From: a virus
Strand: one strand, 5' to 3'
Virus record (IMG/VR): IMGVR_UViG_3300035701_000010
Coordinates: 1 to 64,000 of that record
DNA: 64,000 nt
Below, piece after piece: positions 9,639 through 18,513 of this stretch (positions are counted from its first letter, which is position 1; each line of letters begins with the position of its first letter). The position numbers and the translations under genes were made by a program. A model generated the notes under the pieces. That model saw only the letters and a list, made by a program, of their open reading frames with translations, was not told where the DNA came from and did no database searches.

Positions 9639-9670
9639 GCATGGGAATTAGCAGACCCATGCAATCTGCT
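9639..9670 (-). promoter_or_regulatory. Predicted H-type RNA pseudoknot upstream of the HU RBS
   Basis: Minus strand AGCAGA-UU-GCAUGGG-UCUGCU-AAUU-CCCAUGC: interleaved perfect 6-bp and 7-bp stems. Confidence 0.6.
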
Positions 9671-9671
9671 T

Positions 9672-10376
9672 TCATTGAAGTATTGCGCATTCGGGAAGCT
9701 GAAGAGGAGCGTTCCCCATCGGGGTCTTATTGGCTATTTTATAAAATTCTTTCTCATCAGCTTGTAGTAGCGTTTTCAATGCGATCATATTATCGGTTGG
9801 TGGATAAATTTGTTTCTCTTTAAGATGGATACAGAGATTGGTAATTTTGTCAGCTTTGATAAACTTATGTACCCCACTTCTATCAAGAATAAACGTGCCA
9901 GTTTGACCATGAAACATAAGCTTACCAGTTTCTTCATACTTCTTAAGTAGCTCTGGTCCAATGAGCTCTCCAAGAAGCAATTTGGCTACTTTTTCAGCCT
10001 TAATTAATTTCTGCTCTCTTTCCTTAATAGCCTTTTGCGCCGCTTGATATTGTCTCTCCCGATTTTCTTCTTGCGCTCTTCTCTGCTCCGCAAAAGCGGC
10101 GGCCTGTTCTCTGGTTAGCGTTACTTGTTCAACTTTTTTGTATGTTTTGGCTGACCACTCTGACCAGGCTTCTTCTGATGAAGGAACCCAGACATACTGA
10201 TTGTTTGAACAAGAAGTCGAAGTTGCTTGATGGACCCATTGGTTCCAGACAGGTTCTCTCATATGAATAGTTGAAGTAGTTCCAGGCTGTGAATTGGGGA
10301 CATCTGATACCCATCCAGTCCACACCGTGGAGGAACTTGCCGTGTATTGGTTTGAAGTGGTATAGTAGGTGGCCAT
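9672..10376 (-). CDS. Hypothetical protein: W-x-x-W low-complexity N-terminus, coiled coil, C-terminal LCIH domain
   Basis: 234-aa ORF translationally coupled to upstream GG-ending gene. Confidence 0.75.
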   Translation of the reverse strand: MATYYTTSNQYTASSSTVWTGWVSDVPNSQPGTTSTIHMREPVWNQWVHQATSTSCSNNQYVWVPSSEEAWSEWSAKTYKKVEQVTLTREQAAAFAEQRRAQEENRERQYQAAQKAIKEREQKLIKAEKVAKLLLGELIGPELLKKYEETGKLMFHGQTGTFILDRSGVHKFIKADKITNLCIHLKEKQIYPPTDNMIALKTLLQADEKEFYKIANKTPMGNAPLQLPECAILQ

Positions 10377-10377
10377 A

Positions 10378-10608
10378 TTAACCTCCTACTAATCCAGGAG
10401 TCATGATGATCATTCCAGAATCTGGATCAAATTTCTTTATTTCTTTTCCTTTTTCTCCCTTTTTGTCAACACTAAACGCTCTATATCCTTTTTTAATTAG
10501 CCGATCAAACTGATCTTTTGCCGCCTCCGTTTCTGTATCGCTTTGGGTATCCCAAATTACTTTTAAATCTCCTTCATCGGTTAGCGCTCTTATTTCGCCT
10601 TTAGCCAT
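10378..10608 (-). CDS. 76-aa protein ending in Gly-Gly
   Basis: AAGGAGGG RBS; C-terminus ...IIMTPGLVGG. Confidence 0.8.
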   Translation of the reverse strand: MAKGEIRALTDEGDLKVIWDTQSDTETEAAKDQFDRLIKKGYRAFSVDKKGEKGKEIKKFDPDSGMIIMTPGLVGG

Positions 10609-10623
10609 AAATATTCCCTCCTT

Positions 10624-11232
10624 CTAGGTAAAAGAGTTAAAGCCATTCCGCCGTTCATCTTCCATCGTCTGTACTACTAATCCAAGAGATGTTATACTAT
10701 GAAATTGACCTCGTAGAATTTCTAGAGCCTTCTCGTAAATTGGCTTCACCGCTACGTTGCCCAACATGAGCTCCGTAAAACTAAAGAGCATGAGCTCAAA
10801 CTTATCCATAGCCTCAATGAGTTGTCCTTCTTTAGAATCATCTTTGGCTTGGCTCCAGACTTCTATATATTTTCTTGCAACCCTAGGATCTAATTCTGCG
10901 AAAAGCGTTTCTTCAACCACCTTGCAAATAACTTCAGAGAAATTGTATGAGCCGTGTTTAATAGGGTATAGAATATCACCAGTCACACATTCTTCTAAAT
11001 CATGAAGGATCGCCTTATAGAGAAGTTTCTTACAATCATAGAGTGGCTCGTCAAAATCGTAATCAGATGCTGAGATCCTTCTATTTTCTAGATCTGCAAA
11101 AAACAAAGCGTAGAAGGCGGTGTAGAATGAATGTTCCGCTACGTTGTACCGTTGAATGTGAAGAATGTTAGCACACCTTTCAATATTTGAAAGATTTCTA
11201 GTTCGCAATAAAAATTTTAGTTGGCCAATCAT
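10624..11232 (-). CDS. HD-domain 5'-deoxynucleotidase (YfbR/DatZ-like)
   Basis: NVAEHSF, ILHDLEECVTGDI, AMDKFE motifs. Confidence 0.88.
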   Translation of the reverse strand: MIGQLKFLLRTRNLSNIERCANILHIQRYNVAEHSFYTAFYALFFADLENRRISASDYDFDEPLYDCKKLLYKAILHDLEECVTGDILYPIKHGSYNFSEVICKVVEETLFAELDPRVARKYIEVWSQAKDDSKEGQLIEAMDKFELMLFSFTELMLGNVAVKPIYEKALEILRGQFHSITSLGLVVQTMEDERRNGFNSFT

Positions 11233-11411
11233 AATAACTCGTCATCAATCATGATTTTGGCTGGTTCGTCTTCTACTCCCTCATGTTTTTTGGTAACTGG
11301 ATTGTTGGGATGTTTAGAATTCCAGATTGCGGCGGCTTTAGCTTTAGCCTCCTCATCTTTCATCCCATCTTTTTTGAATTTATCTCTCATGTGTTCATAT
11401 CCTGCTGGCAT
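11229..11411 (-). CDS. Small hypothetical protein
   Basis: ORF with GAGGTG RBS. Confidence 0.65.
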   Translation of the reverse strand: MPAGYEHMRDKFKKDGMKDEEAKAKAAAIWNSKHPNNPVTKKHEGVEDEPAKIMIDDELL

Positions 11412-11449
11412 TTCTCACCTCTAAAATTAGCCTTGCCCTCCAAAGAAGG

Positions 11450-11956
11450 TTAAATTTCATCATCTTGAGAAAGATTTAGAAATTGACTCACTTTGAGTCC
11501 TGAAGCTGGCTTCGGTTTGAAATAAACCACCCATCCCATTGGTGTACCATTTACAACCGACTGAGCAGGATTAGTGCTTTCAGCCCATTCAGATGTTCTA
11601 TTAACGTTTCCATCTAAACATGGTGAATCGTAACAAGTTCTGGCTTTTAGCCTAAAATGCCCGCTCACTATTCGATTAAAAATTATTTCTTTCTGAGTTG
11701 TAATTCCAAGAGGATAGGTACTGACTACTTGAGCAGTCGCCCTACTTAGTCTTTCTGCTTTTACTTCAAAGTAGACTGGGGTTACAGTTCCATCCCAGTC
11801 CCATCCCATAGTACAGGAATTTCCTATCTCGTATAGGTTCCAGCTAAACCAGAGAATAAAAAGAAAGACTAAGAAATTATTTTTTCTCAAGGACTGGAAC
11901 TTCTTCCTCAAGGGCTGGTTCTTCTTCAGCGAGGTCAGATCTTTCTTGCCTTCCAT
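11450..11956 (-). CDS. Exported/membrane-anchored beta-sandwich (FN3-like) protein
   Basis: Basic N-terminus plus hydrophobic segment FLVFLFILWFSW; MGWDWD...YFEV...GHFRLKART...SEWAES pattern. Confidence 0.55.
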   Translation of the reverse strand: MEGKKDLTSLKKNQPLRKKFQSLRKNNFLVFLFILWFSWNLYEIGNSCTMGWDWDGTVTPVYFEVKAERLSRATAQVVSTYPLGITTQKEIIFNRIVSGHFRLKARTCYDSPCLDGNVNRTSEWAESTNPAQSVVNGTPMGWVVYFKPKPASGLKVSQFLNLSQDDEI

Positions 11957-11998
11957 ATTTCACCTCCAGTTCTGCCATGAGAACATGCATCTTCTCAA

Positions 11999-12325
11999 TT
12001 AAACCTTTGACACTACGAGGTTGGTTGGCGGACGGGGGGCGACGAAATCGAAAGGGGATACTAGTACCGCCATATCACTTTCGTTTTCTTGTGAATCTAC
12101 AGCGGCAACCCCGAGTTGATAATTACCAGGAGTTGCAAATGTTCCGGCGGGAAAAGCACTGGGAATATCAACAAACAATCCAGTTGCCGTAACGTTGACC
12201 GAACTGTAGTCCAGAGTTGTTCCTTCTTTAGCCACATAGACCTTGTAGCTAACGATGTCTGTGTCTGGACTCGCATTCCATGAAAGACGCCGTGTTCTAA
12301 CTTTTGCCATTTTCTGTTCCTCCAT
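11999..12325 (-). CDS. Single fibronectin type III-like domain protein
   Basis: LSWNASPDTDIVSYKVY...YQLGVAAVD-x2-ENES...APRPPTNL. Confidence 0.8.
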   Translation of the reverse strand: MEEQKMAKVRTRRLSWNASPDTDIVSYKVYVAKEGTTLDYSSVNVTATGLFVDIPSAFPAGTFATPGNYQLGVAAVDSQENESDMAVLVSPFDFVAPRPPTNLVVSKV

Positions 12326-12405
12326 TTAAACAAGTTAATAAAATATGAATTAAACCAGTAGTAGTTTATACAAGTTCTGAAACAAAAGAGCAACTTAAAT
12401 TTTTG

Positions 12406-12639
12406 TTATTCATCTTGAACTATTAGGATTGTCGTGATGGTTTTTTCATTATTTGGAAAGACTACGGCAAATGAAATTGCTTCTCCTTTCTTTAAAGCAT
12501 CTATAGATTCTTCACTTATAGAAAAACTAGCTCCTGAATCTTTAAAAAGGTGCTCATACGCTTCAACCATAAGCTTTATTTGGTGGTCAAGTTGTTCATC
12601 CGGAAATCGTGTAACTGTAGTCACAATTTGTTTTTTCAT
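12406..12639 (-). CDS. Hypothetical protein
   Basis: ORF with AAGGAG RBS after dnaE. Confidence 0.6.
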   Translation of the reverse strand: MKKQIVTTVTRFPDEQLDHQIKLMVEAYEHLFKDSGASFSISEESIDALKKGEAISFAVVFPNNEKTITTILIVQDE

Positions 12640-12648
12640 AGAAACTCC

Positions 12649-15600
12649 TTATTTGAGAATTTTAACGTAACATTCCTGTTCCTTTCCTAAAGTGATCTGT
12701 TCTTCACCCAGATAAGAACTTCCTTTAATGCCAGAAATTTTAACGGGCAATCCTTTTTCCAGTTTAATATGGTTTTCACTGAGTCGCTTCACCATATCGT
12801 TCCAAAGCACCACGTTATAGGTTTCTCCCATATCTGTTACTTTAAGAATAGACATTGCTCCTCGTTTGCTTTGAACATTTCTAATGTTGTCTATTGTTCC
12901 AGCAATGACTACTCGTTTGTGTTTTGATTTGGCTAAGAATTCATCGTAACTCATCACTGAGTTCATTTGAAATGGAAAGATTTCAGCAACGGACCGCTTG
13001 CCATAAGGAATTAAATTGCCCATTTCAAAATTCCATTCATCCTCTGTTCTAGGTTCAAATTTTTCATTTCTAAGTTTGGCTAATTTTTTCATAATTTCAT
13101 TTCTATCGCCAAATTTTCTAAAGGCATTAACCACCGTCAGCGCTTTGATGACTCTAATGTTTACAACTCTTTTATTCACTCTTTTATGGAAGTCCTTAAA
13201 CGATTCAAATGGTTGGGCGGCCATAATCGCTTTCGCTGCTTTAAAGCCTACCCCTTTAATACTGGCTAGAGCCCATACGATTTGGTTTCGATGTATAGTA
13301 AAGTGCGCTTTAGAGAGATTTATATGGGGCAGGATAAAAGAAACATCGTATTCACGAATGGCTACGCCTCTTATGGGATTGTATTCATCATCTGGTACTT
13401 GATCTAAAAAAGCACAGAAGAATTCTACAGGATAATGAACTTTAAGAAATTGAGTGGCGTTGGCGATGATCGCATAGCTGGTGGCATGTCCCTTAGGAAA
13501 AGCATACTGAGAAAATCCCATTAGGGCTTCCCAAATTCTGGCAGCCCTTCTTTCTATTCCTGGTTCGTGCTCCCATGTCTTAATAGCCCCTTGAATAAAG
13601 CGGTCTTTGAATTTGTCAAAATCTTCTTTGCTCTTAGCTTTGATAATTTTCCTCATCTTTTCAGAATCTATAGGATTCATTCCAGCGAAAGTTGAAGCGG
13701 TTCTCATAATATGTTCGCTGTAGGTAAGCACTCCAAGAGTGTCAGAAAGCACAGGCTTTAAAGAGTGATGATAATAGCTAACATCTTCTTCACCGTGCTT
13801 TCTGGCAGCGTATGAATCGAATGCTCCAGCCGCCATTGGCCCCGGACGATCCGCAGCAATGAGAAAGATTAAATCTTCAATTCGGTTAGGTTTGACCTTT
13901 TTAAAGAGTCCCCTAAGAGACTCCTTACCTAATTGAAAGAAGCCAATGTTTTCACCTTTAGAGAGGGAGTCATAAACCTTTTGGTCGTCTAATGGAATCG
14001 TATCTAACTTAAACGTTTTGCCATGTCTCTCTTCAATAAGCTTAATCGCCTCGGCAATTATGGTTAGCGTTTTGACCCCAAGAATATCTGCTACCATGAC
14101 TCCTCTTTCATTCAGATATTCATTTGACGTATGGGAATTTTCCCATTGGGTTGCGAAAACCCGCTCGCCTCCTTTGTCTTTGGAAAGTTTGTTGGTTCTT
14201 ACAGGGAGCCAATAATGATAAGGTTCTGGAGATATAACCACACCGGCGGGGTGAAGGGATTCGGCATACGCATTTCCTAAGATGGGTTCCACGTATCGCT
14301 TAACCCAATTTTCATTTTGCGTAAACCAGTCAGCAACAGAAGAGGTTTTAGCTTCTTCTAGGGTAGGAGGCATGGCTTTGGTGATTCTATTTATTTCTTG
14401 AAACGAAAAAGGTTTAAGCTTTTCTTCAAGAAGTCTAACCTTTTTGCTGTTATCATCTTCTTTTGCTTGGTCTATCTTTTTCTTTAAAGAGAAAGCTTCA
14501 GCTCTCGCAAGGCTTTTAATCGCTGCCTTCAATTGGGTTCTGTTAAAGCTACCGACAGAGCAAATATTTTCATTGCCATACTTTTCTTTCAGATAGTTAA
14601 TGGCCATGTCTCTAAATGTATGAGCGATGTCTAGATCTATATCTATATCGGCCATTTTCGCTTCTATTCTTGCAGAGCTAATGAACCGTTCGAATAGGAT
14701 ATCGAATTTAATGGGATCTACAATAGATAAACCAATGAGCCAGAGGGCCACACTTCCATTTGCAGAACCACGAAGAGAGCAAAGGCATCCTTTCTTTTTA
14801 AGAAAACGTACTAGATCATCATAAATTAAAATGTATGAAATAACATCCATTTTAACAAAAGCATCCACTTCTCTTTCTATCCTCTTAACGTACTCTTCTC
14901 TTGGAACAGAGAGTTCGCTGTTGGCTTCTCTTTTGGCCAATCCGAGTTTTATTCTGTGCCTAAGATATTCTTCCTCTGTAAACCCTTCTTTGTATTTTGG
15001 AAAATTAGTAATATTGATTTTAGGAATCCTAAGGCCGCCGGTAGGAATTTCAAAATCGCATTTGTTGGCAATCTCTGTTGTGGCATGAATCATGAAATCA
15101 AAATCTTTTTGGGAGATATAATTGCAACGTTCATTTCTTGTGTCTCTCATGTCTTCATAATTTTTAAACCAAATAGAATCACAATAGGTTTCTGCAAGGT
15201 CAGATTCTGATTTCATTTTGATTACCTTGCTTTGTACTCTACCCATCTCTTCTGTAAGATAATGAACATCATTGGTGACGACTGTTGCAATGTCTAACTT
15301 CTTTGAAAACTCTAACAGTGTTTGATTATAAAGGGCTTGAATATCTTTTTCTTCATCCATAATTTGGTGCATTTGAATCTCTAAATAGAGGTCGTCACCA
15401 AATAAAGTATGTAGCCAAACAAGCCTCTTTTGTGCTAAGTCGAGCCTCTCTCTGAGTACCTCTTTAGCAATTAAACCCTTTAGGCAAGCGGTAAGTACCA
15501 CTAAGCCCTCTCGATGCTGAGCCAAGGTTTTAAAGTCTATTCGAGGACGATAATAATAATGTTCGGCAGACCATGAAAATTTTTGAAGTTTTAAAATATT

Positions 15601-16242
15601 TCGATAGCCTTTGGCGTTTTTGGCTAAGAGGATGATGTGGTTAGAGGATCGATGATCTCCATCTTTGAGAGAAGCATCTTTGGTGATATAATTTTCTACA
15701 CCAAAAATGGGTTTCACTCCAAACTCTTTAGAACGCATTTGCAATTCCATATGCGAGGAGACATTTCCATGGTCGGTGATGGCAATGGCAGGCATTCCAA
15801 ATTCTTTTGCTTTAGAAAGATATGACTTGCATTGCGTGATTCCGTCAAGAGTGCTATAGTCCGTATGACAATGCAAATGAATAAACTGAGACTGGTAGGG
15901 TTCGACCAAAAACTTGAATGGTTCCAGAATGGCAAGGGGTATGGGAAGAATGACCAGCTTGAGTTTTCTATTAATCCTTGGTTCTTTTGGAATTTTATCT
16001 TTATCTATCCAAAATAAATTTTCCTTAAAAAGTATAATAAGCCTCTTGACTTCTTTAGGAAAAAGACCAAAGGTATGAATCGGGATGTTAGTTTCTTCCA
16101 ACTCTCTAAATTCGTATTTAGAAGAATAGAAACCGAACAGTCCCTTGTTGGTGGTCAACACGGAGGCTGTTCGGTCCAAAACATTTTCTTCTAAGATCTT
16201 AATTCCACCCCGCTTTAAAATTTCCAGTATGTGTTGGTTCAT
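12649..16242 (-). CDS. dnaE: DNA polymerase III alpha subunit (family C, DnaE-like) with ~115-aa N-terminal extension
   Basis: PHP HLHCHTDYSTLDG/TDHG/GVE/TNDVHY, RGSANGS, LFERF, DIDID, HPAGVV, GFFQL, RPGP, IKGVG HhH, C-terminal OB fold. Confidence 0.95.
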   Translation of the reverse strand: MNQHILEILKRGGIKILEENVLDRTASVLTTNKGLFGFYSSKYEFRELEETNIPIHTFGLFPKEVKRLIILFKENLFWIDKDKIPKEPRINRKLKLVILPIPLAILEPFKFLVEPYQSQFIHLHCHTDYSTLDGITQCKSYLSKAKEFGMPAIAITDHGNVSSHMELQMRSKEFGVKPIFGVENYITKDASLKDGDHRSSNHIILLAKNAKGYRNILKLQKFSWSAEHYYYRPRIDFKTLAQHREGLVVLTACLKGLIAKEVLRERLDLAQKRLVWLHTLFGDDLYLEIQMHQIMDEEKDIQALYNQTLLEFSKKLDIATVVTNDVHYLTEEMGRVQSKVIKMKSESDLAETYCDSIWFKNYEDMRDTRNERCNYISQKDFDFMIHATTEIANKCDFEIPTGGLRIPKINITNFPKYKEGFTEEEYLRHRIKLGLAKREANSELSVPREEYVKRIEREVDAFVKMDVISYILIYDDLVRFLKKKGCLCSLRGSANGSVALWLIGLSIVDPIKFDILFERFISSARIEAKMADIDIDLDIAHTFRDMAINYLKEKYGNENICSVGSFNRTQLKAAIKSLARAEAFSLKKKIDQAKEDDNSKKVRLLEEKLKPFSFQEINRITKAMPPTLEEAKTSSVADWFTQNENWVKRYVEPILGNAYAESLHPAGVVISPEPYHYWLPVRTNKLSKDKGGERVFATQWENSHTSNEYLNERGVMVADILGVKTLTIIAEAIKLIEERHGKTFKLDTIPLDDQKVYDSLSKGENIGFFQLGKESLRGLFKKVKPNRIEDLIFLIAADRPGPMAAGAFDSYAARKHGEEDVSYYHHSLKPVLSDTLGVLTYSEHIMRTASTFAGMNPIDSEKMRKIIKAKSKEDFDKFKDRFIQGAIKTWEHEPGIERRAARIWEALMGFSQYAFPKGHATSYAIIANATQFLKVHYPVEFFCAFLDQVPDDEYNPIRGVAIREYDVSFILPHINLSKAHFTIHRNQIVWALASIKGVGFKAAKAIMAAQPFESFKDFHKRVNKRVVNIRVIKALTVVNAFRKFGDRNEIMKKLAKLRNEKFEPRTEDEWNFEMGNLIPYGKRSVAEIFPFQMNSVMSYDEFLAKSKHKRVVIAGTIDNIRNVQSKRGAMSILKVTDMGETYNVVLWNDMVKRLSENHIKLEKGLPVKISGIKGSSYLGEEQITLGKEQECYVKILK

Positions 16243-16245
16243 TCT

Positions 16246-17451
16246 TTATTTTTCCCATTGTTGGAGAATATATCTTTGATCGTTGTCATCAAGATCAAAA
16301 TTTTCGGCAATTAAAGCGGCTATAACATCAGTTTCGTTACAGCGTACTCTATCTCTGTGAAGAAACTCTAGGTGTGGAATATAATAGCTTGGTTCTGCAC
16401 TTTCTTGATTAAGAACAAGAAAAGCCATAGATTCTTTGTCCATTCCTTTTTTATGAAAAAGAAAAGACAACGGAATATTAAGAAAGGTAATGAAAGTTTT
16501 AGCTGATTGGGGGAGCCAATTGAAAAATTTCTGTTGTAATATCATAACTTCTTCAAAAGAAGTTCTTACTTCTGGATCAAATGCCCCCACATTAATGGCT
16601 TTTGATAGAATATCCATAGCTAGATTAACGGCGTAATAGAATACTGCCAATGAGCCAAAGCGGAAAGACCTTGGTTTGTTTTTGCCAGAGTACATATCGT
16701 ATTTGAAAGGGCAACTGATAATCTTTTTAGCTCTTTCAAGCATTGTATCATAAATATGAAAAGAAGTAGCGTTGTGATAATACGCCCCGACTTCTATTTC
16801 TAGTATGCCAGCTAAGATTTCTTGAAGAAAGGTCCACTCAAACACATTGATGTTAAAGGCTCCCCACACTATGTCATTGCTTCGCATTTTTGTAAAGCAA
16901 TGAAGGTTTTCGTCTCTGATAAGAAATTGAACGAAAATAGTGCATGGTCTATCTTTTGTGAGCAAAGTGTAATCATAATCTTCTGGTTCAGGAACCACAA
17001 TTAACGCTTCTCTAGTAAACCTATCCCTAATTAGCATCTGTTCAACGTTGTAGATTTGATCAAAATATCCAGGGGTAGGAAGACTTGGAATAAAGTTCAT
17101 AACCATTCCAGGCTCTGTAGCCATCGTTGCTCTAATTCTCGGGCCATAGGCTCCTCTCCATATCTTTAAATCATCACTATAGTCAAAACAATTCGGAAGA
17201 AAATGATGAAGGAATTCTAAATCATTTCTTCCTGCAAAAACCCAAAGGGTTTCAGCGATAGTGGCTGCGATGTTGTTATATCGATATGGCCTTGCAAGCG
17301 CACGTTTTTTGGGATTTGTAATTACGAATGAATGGTCAACGAGTTCTATTGTTTCCTTTCCCCTGACTGTAACCTCTTTTCCATTGGCCAAGAGGTATTC
17401 AAGATTATCCATAAACCCTTGGCCAACGTTATCAGAAATTGGACTATACAT
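16246..17451 (-). CDS. Thymidylate synthase homolog of the dUMP hydroxymethylase type
   Basis: GAYGPRI, catalytic PC (DRPCT), MRSNDIVWG-x3-INVFEW, YYH-x3-SFHIY; ~400 aa with C-terminal extension as in hmdU-phage enzymes. Confidence 0.8.
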   Translation of the reverse strand: MYSPISDNVGQGFMDNLEYLLANGKEVTVRGKETIELVDHSFVITNPKKRALARPYRYNNIAATIAETLWVFAGRNDLEFLHHFLPNCFDYSDDLKIWRGAYGPRIRATMATEPGMVMNFIPSLPTPGYFDQIYNVEQMLIRDRFTREALIVVPEPEDYDYTLLTKDRPCTIFVQFLIRDENLHCFTKMRSNDIVWGAFNINVFEWTFLQEILAGILEIEVGAYYHNATSFHIYDTMLERAKKIISCPFKYDMYSGKNKPRSFRFGSLAVFYYAVNLAMDILSKAINVGAFDPEVRTSFEEVMILQQKFFNWLPQSAKTFITFLNIPLSFLFHKKGMDKESMAFLVLNQESAEPSYYIPHLEFLHRDRVRCNETDVIAALIAENFDLDDNDQRYILQQWEK

Positions 17452-17460
17452 AAGTTCTCC

Positions 17461-18486
17461 TTAGTGAGTGAATTGACTTGCTGATTGGAGCACAAGGCTT
17501 CCACAAAGTCCTTCGGTTTTTCTTCTTTCCAAATACGGTTGCCGCTTGGCTAACCGAGTGGTGACATCCAAGGCTTCGTACAGTGGCACCGTGAGGTTAA
17601 GAATCTTTTTTTCTTTCTCATCCTCTTCCATCACTGATTGAACCAGTGTTTCTTGTTTATCAAATTCATCAGTCCCTATAGAAAGTCGAAGTTTTTTCAT
17701 AATCGACTCACCTGTTCTAAGGGCGGCAATAGGATTGTCCTTCATGGCTTTGAATGTGTCAGTCAATCGTTGGCTATTGCTTTTTATAGCATTGAATCCA
17801 GAATTAAACCGAACGAGAAAGTCTTGTGGCGAAATAGCCTTAACTCTAGAAAGTACAAATCCTTGAACCAAAGGCGATTTCTCAGCCATCACCATTCCAT
17901 TGGTACAAATCAGCCTGTTTAGAAAGGGGATGCCACTGGTTGGAAAATGTCCAATGTCGCTGTGCATAACTTCGCTGCCTATTTCTACCAAATCACCCTT
18001 TTCTACTTTGATTGGTCTAATAGAACTGTCAGCACAGAGATATCTTATCCCATAGTCACTGTAATTGCCTCTTTTAAACTCAAGGTTTTCCAGCTTCATG
18101 GCGGTGAAAAGATCTTGGTGGGGTGGAGCTACGGCAATGCTTGGTCTGGAAACGGCACGCACTTCTTTCCCTTGCCAATAGGTCCACATTTGGCTGTCCT
18201 GTGTGAATTCTTTGTTCATTCTATTGACATCTCTAATCAACATGTCGGTTGGGGAGGTTTCATAGTAGAATGATACAGGCATGTGAAACAATTTGAGAAG
18301 GCTCTTCATTGCAGAGTCTCTCATCTCATAGGTTTTTTTGCCTACTTTGAGCCCGTCTTCAGTAAGCTCCCAGTCTGAAAAGTTAACCAACTCGGCTCGT
18401 TTCCCTGTATCCTGCTCTTTCACATGGGTTGTAAAGTCCTTCAAATTCTTGGTGCTAAACACTTCGTTGTCTTTCAGTTCGATCAT
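17461..18486 (-). CDS. DUF932-like phage protein
   Basis: RAVS...HSDIG...RLICTNGMV motif. Confidence 0.65.
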   Translation of the reverse strand: MIELKDNEVFSTKNLKDFTTHVKEQDTGKRAELVNFSDWELTEDGLKVGKKTYEMRDSAMKSLLKLFHMPVSFYYETSPTDMLIRDVNRMNKEFTQDSQMWTYWQGKEVRAVSRPSIAVAPPHQDLFTAMKLENLEFKRGNYSDYGIRYLCADSSIRPIKVEKGDLVEIGSEVMHSDIGHFPTSGIPFLNRLICTNGMVMAEKSPLVQGFVLSRVKAISPQDFLVRFNSGFNAIKSNSQRLTDTFKAMKDNPIAALRTGESIMKKLRLSIGTDEFDKQETLVQSVMEEDEKEKKILNLTVPLYEALDVTTRLAKRQPYLERRKTEGLCGSLVLQSASQFTH

Positions 18487-18513
18487 GGCCTTGCCCTCCT
18501 TTAAAAGTTAGTC

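Noticed and set aside
9637-9653. sigma54 promoter TGGCATGGGAATTAGC on the plus strand
   Set aside because: GG-to-GC spacing off by one and orientation antisense; explained by the pseudoknot
12649-16242. Inteins or introns in dnaE, recA, helicases or ligase
   Set aside because: Lengths are normal and no intein splice-junction or homing endonuclease motifs were seen
16246-17451. Canonical ThyA or T4-type dCMP hydroxymethylase
   Set aside because: Motif reads RSND-x2-WG-x3-IN-x-FEW with Asn rather than Asp, plus a long C-terminal extension; fits the dUMP hydroxymethylase type better, though untested
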